Source of the DNA: Albugo candida
Lineage: Eukaryota
Assembly (NCBI GenBank): GCA_040437565.1
Contig: JBDOQK010000008.1
Location: forward strand, 434,001-498,000
Direction: 5' to 3'
Length of the DNA: 64,000 nucleotides
In this document: positions 58,047 through 64,000 of the stretch, one piece after another
Layout: each line of letters starts with the position of its first letter
Numbering within the stretch: position 1 is the stretch's first letter
Notes under the pieces: model-generated
Databases searched by the model: none
What the model saw: only the letters and a program-made list of their open reading frames with translations
Told to the model about the DNA's origin: nothing
Translations under genes and position numbers: made by a program

Positions 58047-58449
58047 AGTCGTAACGAAATCACGAACAACACGCAATTGTTGCTGACATTCTAGTCGACA
58101 CAATCAAAACAGTAAATAAGACGAGCCGAACATCGTTGTGTGTGCCCCAAACCTTTAACTCATATCTATGCGACAAACGGTGTTCTTTTTCTACGTGAAT
58201 CACCACCTGACGATGACTCCATACAAACTTGGCAACAGCTGCACGATACCACTTTGCAAACCTTTCCTTCTCTCGTGTCGCAGCCATGCTGCAACACGCT
58301 TTATCCATTCTCTACAAAGCTATTGGTTCAGGCGACAGTACGCTGATAAAGAAGAGTGAATTCGTTGTTCGACTTTTCCTTTCCTCCATTGCTTTTTTCT
58401 TACCACAAAGTGGGCAAATTGGGAACAAAAAGAGACGTTTACACATAAT

Positions 58450-59073
58450 ATGATGTTAGACGAGGAATCGATTGCACAAGTCCGGAGAATCACTCCGCTG
58501 CTCCAAGTGTGCCGACTCACTCCTATGCCTTGTTTACGAAGAGGATCACACAATTCTTTTCTTTCGACAATATCGAAATTCATGGTGACGACGAGAAAAT
58601 GTACGGAAGGTGGGAAGAGAATCCGCTACTATGTCATTCAAACCATACTGTTACCTGAAGCATCTCAACCAGTAGCGACAAGAAGACCGAGTTTTGTATC
58701 ACTTCCAAGTATCCAGGCACAGCAGCGTGCCGCCGAGAGACAAAATTTATGCATAGAGCGTCGATTCTCTCAATTTATTCGCTTTCGATGCAGTCTGATC
58801 GATACTCTTTGCCCAGATGCCGAATTTATAGACTGCACTTATTGCAATTATCTATTACGTTTCTTCACGACAGCTTGGATGCAACCCTGGTCGTTTTTGA
58901 AATTTGCGCCGAGCGTTCACCTGAAGAAAAGAATTTTGATCTCTTTTCTCAACGATTTGGTATGCCAAACACGGCTTCGACTAAGCCGACATCCTACCTG
59001 CGAGACCTTCCACTTGATATCGGCATTGTTATCGAGTTTTTTGAACGACAGAGTTTATTTCTCATTCACATAA
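58450..59073 (+). CDS. PX (phox)-like domain protein, oomycete type
   Basis: IRYYVIQ...IERRFSQFIRFRCSL...CTYC...KRILISFLNDLV matches the PX pattern Y-x-I...RR-F/Y-S-F...R..L..FL..L. Confidence 0.65.
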   Translation: MMLDEESIAQVRRITPLLQVCRLTPMPCLRRGSHNSFLSTISKFMVTTRKCTEGGKRIRYYVIQTILLPEASQPVATRRPSFVSLPSIQAQQRAAERQNLCIERRFSQFIRFRCSLIDTLCPDAEFIDCTYCNYLLRFFTTAWMQPWSFLKFAPSVHLKKRILISFLNDLVCQTRLRLSRHPTCETFHLISALLSSFLNDRVYFSFT

Positions 59074-59909
59074 CGCTCCTGCTATATCTTTTTTCCAACA
59101 CAATTGTTGACGATTAGGCGCATGCAAAAATGGTGAGTCATCATTATGTGTCAAAATTCTCGAGTTGTTACGTCGTTAAGACGCTCGGACTCGGACGGAT
59201 ACAAGCAGAAGGTGTTGTTAAAATCGAAAGTGATGGTGCTGATTATTTGGATTTAACCAAAACACGAATGAAAATGGTATCAAAGGCGGGAACCTTATTG
59301 TGTGTGCATCATGTGGAAGACGCTCAGGCTTCGAAGAATTATTGGGAGGGGATCATGCAACCATACAAGTCATGAAAGGAGTGCGTTGTTGAAGCGGGAT
59401 CTCTGGCTGGTCTGCGGACAATTGAGTGATAACGATGACTTGGATACATGCTTCTAGCTCAATATATGATGTAGTGATCATGGAAGTCAGTGTCTTTGTC
59501 GATTGATATCGCAGCCATACACATCACGATGGAAAAGACTCATTGTGTGACGAGGATCATTACGTGTCCTTCGACGTCGGTGTGATCTACAATTCTCTCT
59601 TATTTGAAATCACTCTTAAATACCTCATTTATGGATTTATTTCTTCGCGAGCATTCAATGTAACGAATAGACTAAAAGCGAAAAGCTTTTACAGCATCCG
59701 TTTTCTCAGTGTGTTTAATCCAAATCTTAGTTCTCTATGATGTGAATTCGATGATAATCCAAGATCTTGACGAGGAGCAGTGAGAGCAATCAACTAGATC
59801 AGGACTTGACGGAAAGCCTGGAGTAGCAAAGCTACATCACTAACGTTTCCACTAAGCATTATACAATTCACACGTTCACAAGACGACGGGGCACGGAATC
59901 CAGGGAACG

Positions 59910-61793
59910 ATGTCGTTAAAAATAGAAGCAAAATCGATGAGGTCAAAGTCCGAGGACTTTGACCAGAGAAAAGCACCGCCTGCATGTAGTCTGACCAAGT
60001 CACCCAGAATCAGATCGAATGCCAAACGTTCCGACGAGAATCGCAATTCGCCAAGTCAGCGCTTGAGAAATCCACTTTCTGATCTGAAGGCATCTTTTGC
60101 AGGTTCTGCGACCAGACTTTCGAATTCTATGAATCTCGCGATGGGTAGGAATCGTTCCAAGCATCTTAATGTGACCGATAGCTGTACATCTATTCCAACA
60201 GAGCAGCTGCGTATACAGTTTGAAGGTCTTGTTCACAATGATATGAATACGCTTCGGTCGACGGAAAAGCATGCGACCGGATGGTCCTATTCGAAATGTG
60301 ATCGTCCTGGCAACTCTTTGGTTCTACAAAGTGCCAAATTACTCGTGAAGCAATTTGGGGCCGAGTTGGCCTTGATGCATTGTCGAACCGAAGACTTTGT
60401 TCCAGAGTTATTTCATATGTTACGTCACAAACTTATTTGCCACGGTGGCTTGGAATTCCAGCACATATATCGTGCCTCAGCAGAAAACGAGTCTTTGCTC
60501 AAGGCGAAGGAAGCAATTGACGCAGGACGATTCGATGTTTTCGAATATAGCGACCCAACGATTTATGCATGCTTGATAAAGCAATTATTACGCGAGCTTC
60601 CATTGCCTTTATTTGGGAAGATACCGCAAGACGTTTTAGACTGCATATTGAGCGACGTCAGCGATATTTCTGATAGCTACTCATACGGGTGTGTGAAAAC
60701 GTCATCGGATTATGCGCTTCCATCAGACAACATGACTATGAATGGAATCATTCAACGGATTTTGGTTTATTTTCCACCGCAAGAGTGGCATGTATTATTA
60801 TGGCTATTGGATCACATGTTGGAGGTCGCTTCTTACGAGTATCATAACAGTATGAATGTGACGGCTATCTCCATTGTGATGGCTCCTAATATGTATACTA
60901 TCAACCCAAGCGATGTGTATGAAGCAACGAAAATCATAGGTCAAGTCGCGGAGTTGTTTAAGGCTCTACTTATATGGCGTCACAATACTTTTAAACATAG
61001 CGAACAAGAAGCACATCAAGTCTCAATGGAGAGCTTGATTACCAGCGATGAAAACGTGGATTTGCCCTTAGCGACTCTATCACCTTCCAGGTCCAGTCAC
61101 AGAGAAAGAAGCGAATGCTTTGATACGCACAAGTATGTAGACCTAGAAATGATATATCACACAAAGGCATTGACTCACATGATACAGGAGAGTTTTGTGA
61201 CGTGTGTTTCTCTTTTCATTGCATCCGGAGAGCCTACAAGGGAACTCGATAAAGACTACTGTATTTGCGAGTCACTCTATCTCTCTCACCAGAATCGTTT
61301 TGTCCAAAACTGCTCACTCAGAACAAAGCAAGGGATTTACTGTGCATGGGCTTTAGTGATATGTGATTGCATCACTACATCTCACGCCGAAGCGAGAAAA
61401 AAGCTATCTGTGCTCATGAGCTCGCCTAATACTCCGCAATTAGAAATGGATTCAACGTTGGATTTTTGGCTAAGCACAGTATTGAGAATTGAAAGCTTTC
61501 ACTCAAAGCTCCGGGCTGAAAGGCAAGCCCACCTGAAAATGAATATGTTACGTGCACGATTTGGTCTCAGTATTGACATGATACCACAATGGCAATCGAT
61601 ACCATATACATGGAAGTATTCTCATTGCCAAGCAGACGAAATAATGCTGGCATTTTGGAGAAGTCCCTTGGAAATGTCACTCCATCCCGATACCAGCAAG
61701 GAAACACGAGTTCATGCGATGTCTTACATGAAAAAGTACGAGTCGTTGAGGCATTACTTGCTTGTGAACCAGAGTTCTTCCTTAAGAACATAG
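59910..61793 (+). CDS. RhoGAP-domain protein
   Basis: VPELF...GGLEFQHIYRASA (arginine finger), ACLIKQLLRELPLPLF, NSMNVTAISIVMAPNM. Confidence 0.88.
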   Translation: MSLKIEAKSMRSKSEDFDQRKAPPACSLTKSPRIRSNAKRSDENRNSPSQRLRNPLSDLKASFAGSATRLSNSMNLAMGRNRSKHLNVTDSCTSIPTEQLRIQFEGLVHNDMNTLRSTEKHATGWSYSKCDRPGNSLVLQSAKLLVKQFGAELALMHCRTEDFVPELFHMLRHKLICHGGLEFQHIYRASAENESLLKAKEAIDAGRFDVFEYSDPTIYACLIKQLLRELPLPLFGKIPQDVLDCILSDVSDISDSYSYGCVKTSSDYALPSDNMTMNGIIQRILVYFPPQEWHVLLWLLDHMLEVASYEYHNSMNVTAISIVMAPNMYTINPSDVYEATKIIGQVAELFKALLIWRHNTFKHSEQEAHQVSMESLITSDENVDLPLATLSPSRSSHRERSECFDTHKYVDLEMIYHTKALTHMIQESFVTCVSLFIASGEPTRELDKDYCICESLYLSHQNRFVQNCSLRTKQGIYCAWALVICDCITTSHAEARKKLSVLMSSPNTPQLEMDSTLDFWLSTVLRIESFHSKLRAERQAHLKMNMLRARFGLSIDMIPQWQSIPYTWKYSHCQADEIMLAFWRSPLEMSLHPDTSKETRVHAMSYMKKYESLRHYLLVNQSSSLRT

Positions 61794-62666
61794 ATTTCGG
61801 ACATTATAGCCGCTGAAGAATCCGAGCAAGGGTTTGTGCACTAGTGTGAAAATAATGATACAAAAACGCAGAGGTCGACATTGATACGGCTAATATCCAT
61901 TTCGTCGATGCAATTTGTTCGTATCACTGTCCCGGGTCTTGTTTTGAGTTGGCAGTGTAGTTGGAATAGGATGTTGCGAGTGATTTATTTACGTAAAATT
62001 TGAATGAATTAATAATTGCAGCCCATCTCGAAGGGTAGTATCCTGCATTACCATAGCATACACTTCTATGCGTATAGACTCTAACGTCCCCTGCATCATT
62101 TACTTAAGCAGAAAGCGTACGAGATATGCCATAAAATGCTGTGCTTGTAGATTCGTTCAAGTTGCAAGAATTTTGTACAATCGTTGCGGGACGGACACTA
62201 TCAAATCTGCTTTGAGATCACCCTGCAAACAGATCACCATTTCTACTGCTTCTAACGAGTTACTAGTCCGGCTGGTCGAATATGTCGTTAACTACCAGTG
62301 TGGTGTCGCTGGAGAATACAGAACTTTATACAGAAGACGGGAATCGGTTGAATATGGGCCTCTTTCAGTTCATCGCGACCTTGAGAAAACACACTTCTAG
62401 ATCAAACTGACAGTCCATAAACTCAGAACGCAGGACAGAGCTCTATCATGAGCACCTGCTTCCGTAGGTTACTACACACTTGATTCCTTTACAACTGCTC
62501 AGTAGGGCGAAGAGTTGAGAATAGAACGGAAAAGAGATTTGTCCAGCGTCCAACCCACCCAGAGATGCACTCCCTGTGGCTGATCCTGCTAGTGATGAGC
62601 TCGCGCGCGGAAGAAGATCATGCAGCTCATGAATAACGTAATTCAAAACCACATGCTTGCATTGTA

Positions 62667-64000
62667 CTATTTACGAAAAGACTTGACAACAGATCCAATG
62701 ATACCTTTCCCTTTTTTTGCTCCATGATGTCCCGATCCACCCCAAAATCTATTCTTCGAGTCTTTCATCTTTTCACTGATTGAAGCAACATTATCCGGTG
62801 ATAGCTGAGGAAAATTCTTCGAGGTTCCTCTGTGCGAAAATCAATCATATAAATGAGACGTAAATGGAAAAAAAAGTTGTACCGGGATTGTGGGTCCAGA
62901 AATATCTCCAAGTTGCCTGAAATAAGCAAACCGATTATCTGACTCAACGCCGAAAAGCTCTCGCGCAAATGATGGATTTTTAATCCATCGATAAATTCCA
63001 ATAATGCATCTAAATTTCGCTTCAGATTCATTATCGCTGCAGGAGTTATCTTCTTGATGTTTGGACCATATAGAATTTGCTCCAGAGATTTGGAGATGTG
63101 GATGCATGAAGCGAAATGAACTGCTTCTCGGACTGAAGTTGGTAACTCAGAAAGCTGAGCAAAGGTGACTTGTAGATAGCTAATAAGATCCCACATTGCG
63201 GGGTCTGGTTGCACAGATGCTTCAGCAGGTGTCCAATTCATGTAGTAGAAGGAATTGACCAGCTCATCAATCTTTTTAATCTTAAAGCAAAATCAGTAAA
63301 GCAGTTTTTGAATCGGATGCCAGTAAGAAATAGTACCATCAGCTCACAAACCATATCTTGCGCTCTCGTCATTGTATTCTCAAACCTACAATAGATATGA
63401 AAATGCACTGTCGTTTGAAAGCGACTTTCTTACTGTTTCTTGGCACCCGCTTTACTCAGTGGCTTTGTAATGACGTCAGAATCCGCATTGTGCTTGACAT
63501 GTGTGTGATTTGTGACGCCAAACTTATACGTGCGAGACTCCCATGCGCCAGTCTGATGTCTGACAACATGATCGAATCGATCACATGCTACAGCAAGGTA
63601 GGAAGCATTGACTCCCATGACCACAACCTGCGAATACTCTTCATAAATGACTTGCGAGGAANNNNNNNNNNNNNNNNNNNNNNNNNNNNNNNNNNNNNNN
63701 NNNNNNNNNNNNNNNNNNNNNNNNNNNNNNNNNNNNNNNNNNNNNNNNNNNNNNNNNNNNNGGGTGCCAGAAAGAAATAGTACCATCAGCTCACAAACCA
63801 TATCTTGCGCTCTCGTCATTGTATTCTCAAACCTACAATAGATATAGAAATGCACTGACGTGTGAAAGCGCCTTTCTTACTGTTTCTTGGCACCCGCTTT
63901 ACTCAGTGGCTTTGTAATGACTTCAGAACCCGCATTGTGCTTGACATGTGTGTGATTTGTGACGCCAAACTTATACGTGCGAGACTCCCATGCGCCAGTT
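62667..64000 (-). CDS. SEC15: Exocyst subunit Sec15/EXOC6, 3' part only (multi-exon, gap with haplotype duplication)
   Basis: KIDELVNSFYYMNWTP...WDLISYLQVTF...VHFASCIHIS...FSALSQIIGLL...FLDPQSR resembles the Sec15 C-terminal domain. The stop at 62667 was inferred via a final GT-AG intron. Confidence 0.8.
63315..64000. repeat. Gap-associated diverged duplicate within SEC15 (63315-63552 vs 63762-64000)
   Basis: The same exon/intron segment is present twice with multiple substitutions. Confidence 0.85.

Noticed and set aside
59130-59375. 81-aa ATG ORF between the PX-like and RhoGAP genes
   Set aside because: Short and without recognisable homology.
62378-62436. Loose resemblance to a TPP riboswitch (TGAGAAA...CTGA...ATAA...CGCAGG)
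   Set aside because: The required helices and CUGAU/ACCC core are not satisfied, and there is no adjacent thiamine gene.
62466-62492. Minus-strand ATCAAGTGTGTAGTA resembling the U2 branch-pairing region
   Set aside because: It has an extra dinucleotide and lacks U2 stem I and an Sm site.
1-64000. CRISPR arrays, rRNA, intact transposons, RxLR/CRN/CCG effectors, U12-type introns
   Set aside because: I saw no repeat-spacer array, rRNA, transposase or RT motifs, signal-peptide-plus-effector motifs, or RTATCCTT donors in the introns I inspected.

Overview
This is eukaryotic, gene-dense, intron-containing DNA with short GT-AG introns (about 45-75 nt) and very short intergenic spacers. The gene content points to an oomycete with a compact genome, probably Albugo-like (inference): a phosphagen kinase, an oomycete-type PX-like protein and an Inr+FPR promoter motif. 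About 25 protein-coding genes are present: an LRR protein, NOG1, a DEAH helicase, an AKTIP-like UEV, FAM50/XAP5, CXIP4-like, an MFS-Sec14 fusion, villin, LYR-ApaG, a GNAT, PTC7, mitochondrial bL20, a phosphagen kinase, DCP1, a multi-pass membrane protein, a P4-ATPase, MATE, an acyl-CoA-ligase-like protein, USP7-like, KDM5, PX-like, RhoGAP and SEC15 (partial), plus two unknowns. There is also a U6 snRNA and a tRNA-Trp(CCA). Eight 100-N gaps are present, and most are flanked by duplicated sequence, some of it with haplotype differences. The most notable observations are: (1) a 12-TM MFS protein with a CRAL-TRIO/Sec14 domain and an FFAT-like VAP-binding motif in its central loop; (2) a P4 flippase ending in a DysF-like domain; (3) an acyl-CoA ligase homologue with its main adenylation motifs eroded (pseudoenzyme); and (4) an unassigned ~320-nt strongly base-paired RNA candidate near the U6/tRNA island. 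No database searches were run. All family assignments come from reading motifs by eye.
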